Part shown: positions 41,401 to 53,913 of the stretch, one piece after another | Layout: every line of letters begins with the position of its first letter | How positions within the stretch are numbered: position 1 is the stretch's first letter | From: Trichoplax adhaerens | Taxonomy: Eukaryota > Animalia > Placozoa | Direction of reading: 5' to 3' | Assembly: GCF_000150275.1 (NCBI RefSeq) | Contig: NW_002060946.1 | Location: forward strand, 801,562-865,561 | DNA: 64,000 nucleotides | Made by a program: the position numbers and the translations under genes | Notes under the pieces: model-generated | Told to the model about the DNA's origin: nothing | The model's input: only the letters and a program-made list of their open reading frames with translations | Database searches by the model: none

Positions 41401-42575
41401 GGTCTAGACAGCCTTAGGATCACTGATACTGTTACTAGTAAAGAAACTGGCTTTTCTCTCTCATCGTCTAACCCCAATCCTTTCGGCAGTAATATTTCTA
41501 CCGATACAGGTTCTTTCCAAGGCTCGCAATGGCAACAACAGCCCCAAACTTCAGTATTTGGTACTTCTTCGACGAATATCAATCCAATGTCTTCAATGAC
41601 CAGTTCTCAAGGATTTAGTAATACTCCTACAACTTCAGTTTTTTCGAACATGGATCCGGGACAAATGCAGCAATCCTCCTTTGGTGGTGGGCAATATCCT
41701 TCTACTCAGTCATTTGCAAGTATGATTTATTTTCCTAAACGAAATAAATATTAGTAAAGGGTCCGTAATACTGTTGTAATTGTTATTGTTATGACACTTT
41801 CTAGAGACAACTCAACAATCGTCGTCATTTGGACAAAATATCCCATCTCAGAATGCTTTTGGACCTCAGTTTAACAATAACCAGATGGCTGGTTTTGGGG
41901 GTCAATCTCAGTCAAATTTTGGTAATCAGCAGTTTTCAGCAAGTCAGCAAGGCGGTGGATCTCAACAACAGCCAACATCGTGGGGACAAACACCATCAAC
42001 TCAACAGTGGGGACAAACATCATCAACTCAACAGTGGGGACAAACACAATCAACTCAACAATGGGGACAAACACCATCAACTCAACAATGGGGACAAACT
42101 CAGCCTGCTAACAATAATTGGGGTCAGTCGCAACAACAACAACAACAACCATCTAATAATTGGGGGCAACAGCAATCCGGTAACTGGGGCCAACAACAAC
42201 AGCCATCAAATAATTGGCAACAGCAAAGTGCTGGCATGAACAGGAATCCTGCTCAGGGTCAGCAAACCGGTATGAATAACTTTGCAGCTGTAGGTATGAC
42301 TGCTATGGCTGCAAATCAATTTGGAAAAACTAACAGTGCGTCCGCAGGCTTTCAACAACAGGCTAAAACGAATCCATTTATGGTTTGTATAATCGCAGAT
42401 AACAGTAAAATTTTTTAACAGTTCGTAGTTGTAAACTTTATTACCTAATGAAACTAAAACTAAAATATTTTACGTAGCATTCATATATTTAATTTTAAAT
42501 ATTTTTATATCATCAATGATCTATTAGGGTGGTGGAGGTAGTGGTTTTGGAGGTAATAATCCGTTTATGCAGTGA
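35427..42575 (+). CDS. AGFG1: Arf-GAP domain and FG-repeat protein (AGFG1/Hrb/drongo family)
   Basis: Exon 1 (35427-35590) has the C4 zinc finger CFECRQRGPTYVDVTVYSFVCTMCSGLL. Exon 2 (about 37998-38097) reads RGLNPPHRVKS, and exon 3 (about 38700-38942) reads CQRVWLG..YKYEKKTWY. Microexons follow, then DDRYAAISGLD, FG and NPF motifs, and a last exon (42528-42575) GGGGSGFGGNNPFMQ-stop. Confidence 0.93.
40351..40653 (+). repeat. Direct tandem duplication with 151-bp period containing a 45-nt AGFG microexon and its splice sites
   Basis: Near-identical units start at 40351 and 40502. Exons 40389-40433 and 40540-40584 both encode GGGFANFDSQPAAQP. Confidence 0.95.
41981..42225 (+). repeat. Coding 27-bp tandem repeat (WGQTxSTQQ), followed by degenerate WGQ/polyQ units
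   Basis: TGGGGACAAAC occurs at 41981, 42008, 42035, 42062 and 42089. Translation of ORF 41885..42418 shows 8 WGQ motifs. Confidence 0.95.
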
Positions 42576-44534
42576 TTCATGTGCATCATGTAAAGATCTT
42601 CATGAGAGGAATTACAGTAGTGATTGGCTATAGCGAATTTATTACTTGGCATCCACTGATATAGCGTTGAAATACAGTTTAAGCGGGAAATAGCATTCAT
42701 ACTGCATCAAGATTTAGCTCTGTCTAAAGTTTGATACTGATCAATTGATGAACAAAAAATAAGTACTAAAATTTCAGCTTTAATGCGTTTTACGTTTACA
42801 TTTAATTTTATTTAATAGCATATTGTAGTGTGAATTGTGATTTAAATTACTTATATTAAAACGGTATTAGGTTTGTCATAGCAATGCTGTACATTATGTA
42901 ACTGATTAGTAAGCGGTCACCGAGTGTCTGAACTAATACTTTTGACCTAGATTTTGTTCTTGGTGGATTTCAGTAATGCAAAAGTTATACAATTATTTAT
43001 TGGCGGGTGTGTAGGAAATTGCTATCAGGAGATCGGTTAATCTGATACCTGTGGAAAGAGTCATGCAGTCTTTGCTTCTTTCAGATGCTTGGTTAAAATG
43101 CATTTGCGTAGATCTTGTAGCACATCACTGTACCTAACACCTGTATTGGACAGTAAATATAAAATACTGAAAGTAATAAGCTTGTATGCAGATTAGTTTT
43201 TCATACATTACCTGGGAATCATTACTTTTGATATAAAAATTTTCGTAATTATAATGAATAGATTATATTTCCAATAGTTTTTTTTGGTATAAAATACACA
43301 TGATTATATGACATTCTAAATAGCGATGGTTTGCAAATTGCAATGCAGCTAGCATTCAGCACCTATTATGATTAACCTCTCTTGCACGGTCATAATTTCG
43401 CATGCATTAACCACCGTTTATCGTGTAATAGAAATTTACAACTAATATAGTTTCAGCATTTTAACTTATTATTACGCTTATTTGCAAGGTACTGCCATAA
43501 CGTATTTACCATAACGAATGAGCTTTTCTAATCGTATAGTCGCAAATAGAAAGGTGTACACTAAGGATAAATTTTACTTTCTTGTCATTGAAATTAAAAT
43601 GTAAGTTTGTAAATATTGTATCATTAAATTAATATTCGTAATTATTAAAAGCCCTTTAAATTGCTATCAATGTTTCTGAACACTGATGTCTATCTAGATA
43701 TTCAGTTTTTTGTACTTGATGAATTTTTACTAACTTTCGAGCTAAGACCACAAACAGCTAACTACGAGGTTAGGATTACATTGCATGTACAATATTAAAT
43801 ATAGCACCTTGTATATGATTAATATACTTGTATACAGTAGATCCTGTAAGTTAATTAATGTCACCTCTATGTAGGAAACGACTTGACAATGTTGTTACCA
43901 ATCTTTGTATGAGTAAGAATTGAATTTCATTGCGTGCTTCCTTCAAGTTATTAGCCAAATCCGTTAATTTTGAAAATATGTCGATAAATGTAAGAATGAT
44001 AATTAGTACTAGTACAGTAATATCCAATTTATGTCATAAGTATAATATACTACTACGATATGCTGTATAATTAATTAACCATAAGTTACAGAAAATGCCT
44101 AACTTCATATCACGGGCACACGAGTTCGGCTGTTTTATTACTGTATTATCACGAATTATAATAATTATATATAATTATTACTTATTATTGCCCTAGTGAA
44201 TACAGTACCGTACGATAATTTTCGATAAATCTAAGTACTCCTGTTTTTTAAATATGACTAAACGGAACAGTTAGCCTGGTAAGATCAAGATTTGTAGTAG
44301 CTTTTGCTACATGGCTATATGATTAAGCTGAAAAGATGCAGCGTTTAGTCAAAGTTAACTGTATTATGAAAATGTGAGATATCATGTTCCGTATTTAGAG
44401 AAGAATATTCATCAATATTTCTGTCGCACTACACCGTTAACGACTAATATAATTATTAATCGAACTAACAGTTCAAGCGGTTGAGCACTGAGCAGTCCGC
44501 CGATACCAGACCCACTACTTCTCCAGTAATAACA

Positions 44535-45060
44535 GTACTACGAATGGTACTGTATAGTACAGTCTTTACTACTCTTGTCATCAGCAATTCAAGAAATTTT
44601 GCATTTGCGAGTTTCAAGAGTCGCGAACATAGAGGTCAAAAAAGCTCTCTACACCAGTCAGGTATGAGTGCAGTAGCTCCTAGTCAGGCTAATAGATGTA
44701 GTCGTCTCTGATTGGCTATCATATTCAGTATAAGATAAGATAGTTACAGTCTTACAGAAACTTACAGTACAGTACATTACAGTACACTACTGTACACTCT
44801 ACTGTCATTACAGTACTGAATCTAGTAGTCTACAGTACAGTATTGTGAGCCACCGTTGTACGTTGCAGTACCGTACAGTATATTACTGTATTGCAGACTG
44901 CAGACTTGAATGGGTACAACTACAGTGCAGTAGTGTACTGTAGGTACTGTACGGCCGTTGACTACTAAATTTCAATTTACCGGTGAACTTAGTGGTGTAC
45001 AGTACAGTTGTCCCATCGCCGTACTGTACGACATACAGTACAGTACAGTACTGTAATCAC
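44535..45060. repeat. CAGTA/TACTG pentamer-rich low-complexity tract upstream of FIS1
   Basis: Dense TACAGTA, TACTGTA and (CAGTA)n words, for example ACAGTACAGTACAGTACTGTA near 45035. Confidence 0.75.
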
Positions 45061-45459
45061 CAGAGTCGGGAGATCTCTAATTGTAATGTAGATTATACTG
45101 AAACGATTGACAAAACAATGTCGTTTTAATGGATTTGCTCATCATTTGCAGCATTCCAATTCATTGATTTGGCGTTTTCATTAGACTAGAAGTAGAGAGT
45201 ACCCGTATTAAATAAAGAGCATATGCTTATGCTGTTGGTAAGTTATTGTATACTGTACTACAACAAATGCGTGATAAATTGATAGCTAGATTTGCAGCAT
45301 AATGAATGATACTTTCATGCTTCAGTGATGCTTGTGTAGCTTAATAACTAGATTAATTTCTCTCCAATTCAAAACAATACAGTATACGCTTCTTAACCTT
45401 ACAAACGAACTGCCATCTCATAAAGTACTGTGTCAACCGTTGCTCCTAAATTAAGGGTT

Positions 45460-48170
45460 ATGGACGAATTCGTTGTGCCTGATATACAAATTGAGGTCTG
45501 TATGCTTCAAGAACTACAGTGCAGCACTATGGGTCACACCACTATATAGTAATGCAAAGTTGATCTTTTTACGATAGCTAACGTTACGCTGTGATTTATT
45601 TTACTCGTTCACGTCCTTTGTGTATTAGATTTAACGAGAGATTCACAGTATCACTATAAAATAGATTGTATTCCATGGTATTTGCAAACTAAAATCGGTT
45701 ATGCATTCCTGTGCTATGTCAGCCCTAAATCTACGTACATCTGCTCGACTTTAGCTTTAGCTAAAGCAACTAACTTTTAGTAAACAGGGTTGTATCCTTG
45801 TAATCCGATTGCAACATTCCACTGTGAAATTAGTAAACTATAGAAGTAATATGCAGTAAAAGTATGCACTGTTGCAAGTATACACCAATGAATCCAACTT
45901 AAACTGTGTGATATATTATAATGTCCAAGTTATTAATTAGAAGTAACTTTGAACATTACGCTGCATATCACAAATGATCATTATACGAACATTACATGTA
46001 CATGTACAACACACTGTATACGGTAAAAATAGTTCCTGAAGTCAAATGAGAAATCATAGAGAACATGCAAATTTTTCAATTTGGAATACCGTGTTATAAT
46101 GAAGTGCTGCAATGATTATTCCAGCAAAATCTACTAAATTAAAGAAACAGTGTAGTTGTACAGTATAACTTGATCAGTGCAGTAATATTTACTTTATTAT
46201 TTATATTACGTACGTATATATTATCGCAGTATTGTCTAAAATTAGTATATTATTAAAGGAACTGAAACAGGCGTATCTAAATGAAGTAACAGCGGACGAT
46301 TGCGGCAGCAAGGCTACTTTTAACTACGCGTATGGATTGATTTTTAGTAGAGCCAATGAACAAGTCAAGAAGGGCATATCTCTTATTGAAGGTGAACTCA
46401 AAATAATACACTCATTTTGTCTTATTTCATTTTATTACTTACATGCCTTACTGTCATTGTATATATATATACGGTATGCAGTTATATGTGCTGTATATAA
46501 TAGCTAATTCATAATCTAAGTCCGCTAGAATCGATTCGAATTTCTACTCGTACTAGCGTTACAACGAGCACAGTACAGCACCCAATACTTGATATTGTTG
46601 TGTCAAGAAACACAGTAGTACAATACTTAGAGTGCTTACCGATATGTACTATGATTTTGCGTTAAATATCTAACGATAGTCTTTTTATATTTACTTATTA
46701 TTACTTAGAACTGTGCTACAGTGGAGAGGATCAGAGAGACTATTTATATTTATTAGCTGTTGGCCATTTTAAATTAAAGGTACATAAAAAGAGTCTAATT
46801 ACGAAAGATGCCGGCTGGTCGTTGGCAAACATTTTAAATAGATTATTCATTTAACAACTCACTTTCTTTTACTTTCTAGGACTACAATTATGCTCTAAAG
46901 TACATTGAACGCGTTCTTGCCATAGAACCGTCTAATAATCAGGGAAACAGATTAAAACAGCTTATCATGAAAAATATGCAAATAGGTAACGCTATAAGTA
47001 ATGGAAGTGTAAAACATTCTATGTTAGCACATATTCTACAGTATAATGCAATTGCAATTATAGTACATTATTATCCTGTTGTCGAAATAGTACCATTTAT
47101 TAGTGGATGATTAGGGAAAAAGATAAATAACACTAATACAAATCTTACCTTCATATTTTATAGTAGACACAGATTTAAAGAGGTTCTTTTATCTTTCACC
47201 ATAATCTGTCATTTATTTACTTTTCCATCGTTGTAGCTGGTACTGTGATGATATAGTACATTTAATAATATATTACTATCAACAATTCACTATAGCCTAG
47301 AAAAAGCACTGCATTATTACTTGCTAAACCGACAGCTAGCTGCAACACTATCGAAGTACTGTACTTTCGTTGGATGGCATTACGATACGACTACATTAGC
47401 GATACATAATTAAAAGTATACGATCCTTGTTCTCTATCAACTAATTTAAAATATGTACATGCAGTATGATATCATAGATGGGGGATTAATTACATATTAT
47501 TATCATATGGTTTTCGACTATATTCAGTATGCAATCGTAAACATCGATAATGTCAGATTTCAGTATTGCAGATAGCATATCATAAACTTTTTTCGTAGTC
47601 TAAATCGATAATTAATTGATATTTCAGTCTATAATGCATTAGTATTTTTGCTTTACGTTAATTTTCTGAAGATATAGAAATAGAATTATTAATCTCAATT
47701 ATTATATATAAAAAATATACCGTAGTGTATCTATACAAACATTACATCATTATTCTGCAGTAGTGGAAAACTTAGTTAATTCATGTCTCATCACTTGCAA
47801 TACTTACCCCGTATTCACTGATATTCACGATGTTTAGCTTAACCATTGTAAGGTCTGTCGCAAAATCCATGATTACAGTTGCGCCTAACGCATTAGCTGA
47901 TATGGGATACATAAATCAATCAATCATTATTATACGTAGTTTTTAAATGGACGATTCATTCAGATACTCGAACAAATAGCTGCAGTATCATGGTAATTCC
48001 ACAACTGCAATCGCATTAATTTTTATTATACGAACTGTATTATAGTCTGTATAGTATCTAGTGTGACCTTATTTCTTTCAATATCATATTTAGATGGATT
48101 AAAAGGTATCGCTATAGTTGGAGGCATAATCGCCGTTGCTGCTGGTGTGGCCTTTGCTATTAAGCGATGA
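45460..48170 (+). CDS. FIS1: Mitochondrial fission 1 protein (TPR, tail-anchored), 5 coding exons
   Basis: Approximate exons: 45460-45495 (MDEFVVPDIQIE; the start is less certain), 46259-46391 (ATFNYAYGLIFS..KKGISLIE), 46709-46779 (QRDYLYLLAVGHFKLK), 46880-46985 (DYNYALKYIERVLAIEPSNNQ) and 48093-48170 (DGLKGIAIVGGIIAVAAGVAFAIKR-stop, a transmembrane segment with a basic tail). Confidence 0.93.
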
Positions 48171-49319
48171 AGACGTTTTGTATTTTATTGATATTTCTGA
48201 TCAGTATTTCATGTGAGAAGTGAATTTTGCTGGGAATAATTAGATGTTACATATAGATGCTCAGTTGGAGAAGTGGTATATTAATCATTTAATTAAACTC
48301 ATCTCAAATACTCACAATGGAATATTGTGCATTTGCTTTACTATTGGACCAAATTGTATTGTACTTATAACTAGTACAGTATGTAACTATGTATAACTAA
48401 TTATAAATTAAAATTAATTAATCTATACAAAAGAGGACTTAAGGGCGATCTAGAAGTCAGTTTCGTCGAGAATTGCGTAAATAAAATCGAATAAGAAATA
48501 CTGTATATACGTACGTAGTTAAGAAAATGTGTCTTGTTTAGTGATAACAGTGATAGATATTCCACATAGATGATTTTAGGTGTTCATAATGGCTGTCCTG
48601 CTACTTTTACAGTATACACGCATACTGTGTATAGGGATTATTGCTGATTGTCTGATGAAATTAATTGATGAATCTTGACTGACTTTACTTACCACATTGA
48701 ATTTTAGTTTACCGGTAAAAACTATGGAAGCTATATGTGGCATATTGTAACTTGTAACAGTAATAATATTGTAATAGGTAAGCAAAAGGTACAACTATTG
48801 CTTGACAATGCACAAAATACAGTATGATGAACGCGTGCTCCACTAGTTCTACAGTGTATGCTCGAACTCGCAAGGCTAATAGACTCAGAAAGATCATTCT
48901 GAGACTGTAGAAGACCCGAGAGATTGATAAAGTTTAAGTTCATGTAGCTCAGATATGTTAAGGCTGTCTTAATTGATGTAGAGCAAAAGTACTGTATCTG
49001 TTAGCTATAATTTGTGTTAAGAAGGGGGATGTGATATGTAACATTCTATGTAAAAGTAGAATATTTGTCAACAAGGGAAATACGAAGCACTGTAATACCG
49101 GTGCTTTGCGTTTGATAGTAACTGCAATAAAGCTAATCGCAAAAGGTTTCAGACTTGAACCCAAGCGCGATCAGGTGTAACTGCTTTTAGTTGTAACTCG
49201 TCACTATTCTATGATTTCCATCTCAATCCCTCCCGTTGTTGTACCCGATGGTAATAAAGTCTATTCTGATCCTGTATCATCTCCGCATCGTGTTGATCGT
49301 TTCAGCATTTCGTTTTCGA

Positions 49320-51560
49320 CACGCTGTACAGTATTACACTGTACAGTACTGTACTTTTCAAGAATGAATCAATCTAAACTAACATTACAAATACAGTATA
49401 GTATAATTAAGTGTAAACTGAAGGTTGCTTTCCTTGCACCTTTCGCTGCAATATTAGTATTGCAGGTTATTGCTGTGCTTAGTTTCGTTATTTACCGACA
49501 ATGTTCAATCGACGATATTCACCCTTTCTATTAAATGAAGAGGCGATTCACTTTTCCAATGTGTGAGGTCATCTTTCGCAGATGTCAGACCTGCGTTCAT
49601 CTTCTGTCCGTCCGCATTTTCATATGATACCATGTGACACGCCGTGCCGTACTGGTACAGTACAGTCAGGTCTAACAGTACTGTACTGTAGTAAAAAGTG
49701 CATACTGTAATCCCAGCCATAGTTCGACTCATACAGTACTGTATGTGGTCACAGCTTATGAACTATGGAATACCTCAACAGAGAGAGACTAAGTGGTCAC
49801 GTACTGTACCGTGTACGGTACAGCAGGAGAAATATCTCATCCACCTGACCTTTAGTCATTCGAGGTCAGACATGTTCAGATGATGTTGCTGTGGCCAATC
49901 AGCAGTTTTACAGTCGGAAGATAAACCAATCACACAATCGTAAGATACCGACAGTTGACAATTGCTGTAATTGCTGTATATTTAGAATAAACAAAAGAAT
50001 TCCGTAGACTAGCGCGTCATCTTCAATCAATAGAAGCGATCGTGCTTCAAGCATTTATGTACATACAGTATTTACTATTTCCTGGAGTTCTATCTCCAGA
50101 AAATTGAAGAAATTTCTCCTCAAAATGGATTACTAATACTGTACTTTAATGCACATTATTGTGCCAATCACTGTCCATAGAGTACTGTAAATCATGTAGC
50201 AGCTGTGTACACTGCATAGATGAATGTCGTTGTATTACATAATACTGTACGTTCTACTGGATTATCATGTGTCAGTATGGTTGATTTTCACTTTTTATCG
50301 TAGTCAACGCTATCCAGCAGTATTGTCTCTGCTGCGGCCTGTACAGTACTGTGCTATCATTGGAAGCCTTTTAGTAGTAGTACTATTTAAAGATGACTAA
50401 ATAAATAAATAATTTGAAAAGTTTTACACACCGTAGATGTCTTACTGTAATAACTGTTACGGCCATTAATTCCACCAAGTCTACCTGAATCACAATAGTC
50501 ATGAAGGAAAGAACCTCGATGATTACAGCACCAATACTGTACTGTACAGTACTGTACTAATGTTAGGTCACCGCCCACTACCGACTGTAGCCGCTCCCAA
50601 AACCGTTTGACAATCCTTATCGGGCAGCTTTTCACTGACGATAGCTTGTACTGTACTGTACACTGTATAGTACAGTATAGTACTGTAAAGTATTGCTGTA
50701 CAGTACAGTACTGTACTGTATTCTCTTTACAGTACACAGGGCAGTCGAGGGTCTTTTGTTCGTTGTTACCAGGTCAAGTTGTGTTAGTATACAGTAGTAT
50801 ACACAGTAGCAAAGTACAGAGGGGCGGTAGATTATATACGGAGGTTTTGGTTTAAAGCGACAGTCGACAGATTGCCAATCTGCCAGCACACAAGTGAGTT
50901 TCTTTACTGATTGCTTTGACTAATATCACACTGTTTCTTATTCAAGTCATACACAATTCAAATTTGAACAAAACTATCCATGTTTCATGTTAAAATCCAC
51001 TGCTACACTGACTTGCAATCTTTCCACTATCATTCTTAAAGGAAATCGAAGATTTATACCATTTGATATCGCACTTTCAATCGTGGATCACTCTTGCTGC
51101 AAGATACCTCGATAGCGCTCTTGATAGGATCAATCGATTCAACATCAGCAACCAGTAGTATTTCTATCCTTTTATTCCGCGTCATAAGGTAAATTTGGAC
51201 ATTATTGATAATCATCCTTGATCATGATATCTTTTGAGGCATTTCTCAACTTGTTTTAAATGATTTCTGTTAACCCTTGTTACCTTATGGGTCAAACAAC
51301 CCCCGGTCTCCATCCATATTTTCCCACGCGCTCTCTCTCTCTCCCCATACAGTCCGCTCTGCTAGACCCTACAGTATACAGTACGCTACCGTTACTGTAC
51401 CGTACCGTAGAAAACTCTGCTGTCGATAGGGCGATAGTGTCAAACAAACCGTGTCGTGCTCACTACGACTCACCATGTAGCCCAGCATCCTTTGGTGCAA
51501 GTGTAGAAGTTCAAAGATGACTGACCTGTTGCCAATCGACTCCACAACTGGGCGTGAGGA
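49320..51560 (+). promoter_or_regulatory. Probable extended promoter/enhancer and non-coding 5' exons of the elongase gene
   Basis: The region contains CAGTA/TACTG tracts, CCAAT boxes (about 49895, 49925, 50164, 50875, 51532), a GC box GGGGCGG at 50821 followed by TTATATA near 50832, and six AGGTCA/TGACCT hexamers. Donors lie near 50894 (GTGAGT) and 51189 (GTAAAT), with an acceptor near 52973. Confidence 0.45.
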
Positions 51561-53076
51561 TTAAAATGGCCACCAAGGAGAGCGATCTGCGTACAGGATG
51601 TAAAATTTGACTCTACTTTTGTTGACGGTGGCAATTCTGTACCGTTAATGCAGTGTAATTCAAAGACAAGATATCAAGACTAATAATAACGAGTAAAGTA
51701 ATCGTACTCTACAGTATGGCCGCAATATCGATTGATGTGTATTTTTGTTCAAAAATAGCAAAGAAAGTGTTAAATGTCCGCTAATTTATACGCTGAAAAA
51801 TAGCGGACATACTGGACCGTAGTATACTGTAGTAGTATGATCGTTAGGTGATACAGTATGCAAACTCAAACAAAATAAGAGCGGCGTTCCAATGCTTGTA
51901 TTTAACGGTTGCGATCTTCTTTTTTATCATGATACTGTACAAGGTTTAGTGAAATGTGCTCAATGCTCGGAACAACGTAGTCAAGCCGAAAGCCTCTACA
52001 CTGTATTTACTAAATTTGAGATTTACGCATTGCTCACCTAAATGATCGATATATCAACAAATCAGTATACAACGCTTTACTTTCCTGTACAAGTGTGATC
52101 CGTTTTCTTCAAGATTGTTTGAATAGGAAAAATTAGAAGTAAAAACGCTTCAAAATAGACCAATCGTCATCAACCTTTCTATACAGATATATTAGCTTAA
52201 AACCATGCATTTGCCATCCATTTTGTACAAATTGATGCAAAAATTGAAATATCGAATGGATCGGATCACGTCGTACAAAGATATTTCCATCAATGACAGT
52301 AATGTAGGATGCAGTGTACTTCGTCTTACTACATTAACACGGTAGTAAAATCATTCTTATCAACACTGTTATTAATCTTAAATAGCGAAACTTTTTTACT
52401 GGCTGTACAGTACAGTACTGTATATGGTTTTGCTATTCAAAGGTGAAATAAAAACTGTAAAAAACTCATCACACACACTGCACAGATTGCTCTTGGCTTC
52501 GAGCACCTGGATCCGTCATCAAAATTTTACTTTAAATTATTTACATTTCATCAGCGATTTGAGCGCCGTATAACTTGAAGCTAAACTTCCATCGAAGTAA
52601 AGCAATTAGTGGGTAATTAAATATTAAGTACTACTGTAGACCTTCGTACACGGGAATAATCGAAATGTTTTAGATTTCAACAAATTTTTTTTTCTACAAT
52701 TCAGTGTACTGTACTGTACTGTACGTGTACATGTCGCGCTATTGTTCAAGTGATCGTAGTAATGCACTTTATTTTATTGCATCAAACTTGGATTATAATT
52801 AGCAAGCAGCATAGAGCACATTTGTACATATGGTACTCATTGAGGAAAATCAGTCAAATTGTATATACTGTATGAATTCATTCCAATACTTCAAAATGCT
52901 TACTCGATATTGAAAGTTAAATATGGATTGTTATATCAAACTTTATGATGTTCCTTTTCTTACTATATTCTAGTACAACGCCTGACTGTCAAGCTTAAAG
53001 AATTCCCATTTACCCTTACATCATTTTACCGTTTTTCATTACCTGTAATAAAAATCAAAATTAATTAATATTAAAG

Positions 53077-53913
53077 ATGGCGATATTGTCTGTTGAGAAT
53101 TATTTCAATGAAAAAATCGCAGCTGATTGGATGAATGTCCTAGCACCGTATTCTGTTCATATCTCTGTTTTGTACCTCGTATTGATATACTGGGGTAAGC
53201 AGTACATGGCTTCAAGGAAGCCATTCAACATGCGCCGCTTATTATTTACCTGGAGTTTAACATTGGCAGGTTTTAGCTTTATCGGTACAATCGCTCTTGG
53301 TTCTTATGTACTTTCTAGTTGGTATTATCATGGTTTTACCTACTCGGTTTGTGATCGCACTAGTTGGAAAGGAAGTGGAGGATTATGGGCGTTTCTATTT
53401 GGTTTGTCAAAATTGCCAGAATTAGGCGACACCTTCTTTATTGTAGTGCGCAAAACACCTCTACCATTTCTCCATTATTACCATCATATCACTGTTTTTA
53501 TATATTGTTGGTATAGTCTAAGAGACCTTATCGCACCAGGCCGTTGGTTTGCTGCTATCAACTTTCTTGTTCATACGGTAATGTACACCTATTATGCCAT
53601 TAAATCGACCGGAATGTACCGACCTCCCAAATGGATCAATATGGCAATTACCACTCTACAACTTTCTCAGATGATTGTCGGTTGTATAGTTAACACATGG
53701 GCATACACTGTCTTGAAATCTGGTCAACGCTGTGGTACTACATGGTCTAACCTTAGATGGTCCCTTATTATGTATTCATCGTATTTCCTCCTTTTCGCTC
53801 ATTTCTTCTATCAGACTTACTTTGTTAATGCCAACCGCTGGAAAATAGCCCAAAAACAGAAAGAACAGAAGATGAAGGCAGCAGCAAGCAGTCAGAGTGA
53901 AACTGCTAAATAA
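53077..53913 (+). CDS. ELOVL6: Very-long-chain fatty acid elongase, ELOVL3/6 subfamily, single-exon CDS of 278 aa
   Basis: Contains SKLPELGDTFFIVVRK, the HxxHH box (FLHYYHH), NFLVHTVMYTYYA, ITTLQLSQM and MYSSYFLLFAHFF, plus multiple transmembrane segments. Confidence 0.93.
   Translation: MAILSVENYFNEKIAADWMNVLAPYSVHISVLYLVLIYWGKQYMASRKPFNMRRLLFTWSLTLAGFSFIGTIALGSYVLSSWYYHGFTYSVCDRTSWKGSGGLWAFLFGLSKLPELGDTFFIVVRKTPLPFLHYYHHITVFIYCWYSLRDLIAPGRWFAAINFLVHTVMYTYYAIKSTGMYRPPKWINMAITTLQLSQMIVGCIVNTWAYTVLKSGQRCGTTWSNLRWSLIMYSSYFLLFAHFFYQTYFVNANRWKIAQKQKEQKMKAAASSQSETAK

Noticed and set aside
41340-42239. Alternative-frame and antisense ORFs (41340, 41829, 41871)
   Set aside because: These are shadow ORFs of the low-complexity AGFG exons.
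50387-50889. ORF-track proteins rich in YSTVQYCTV, with similar ORFs at 35012, 36969, 37163, 44481, 49211 and 49505
   Set aside because: These are translations of the CAGTA/TACTG repeats, with no recognisable protein family.
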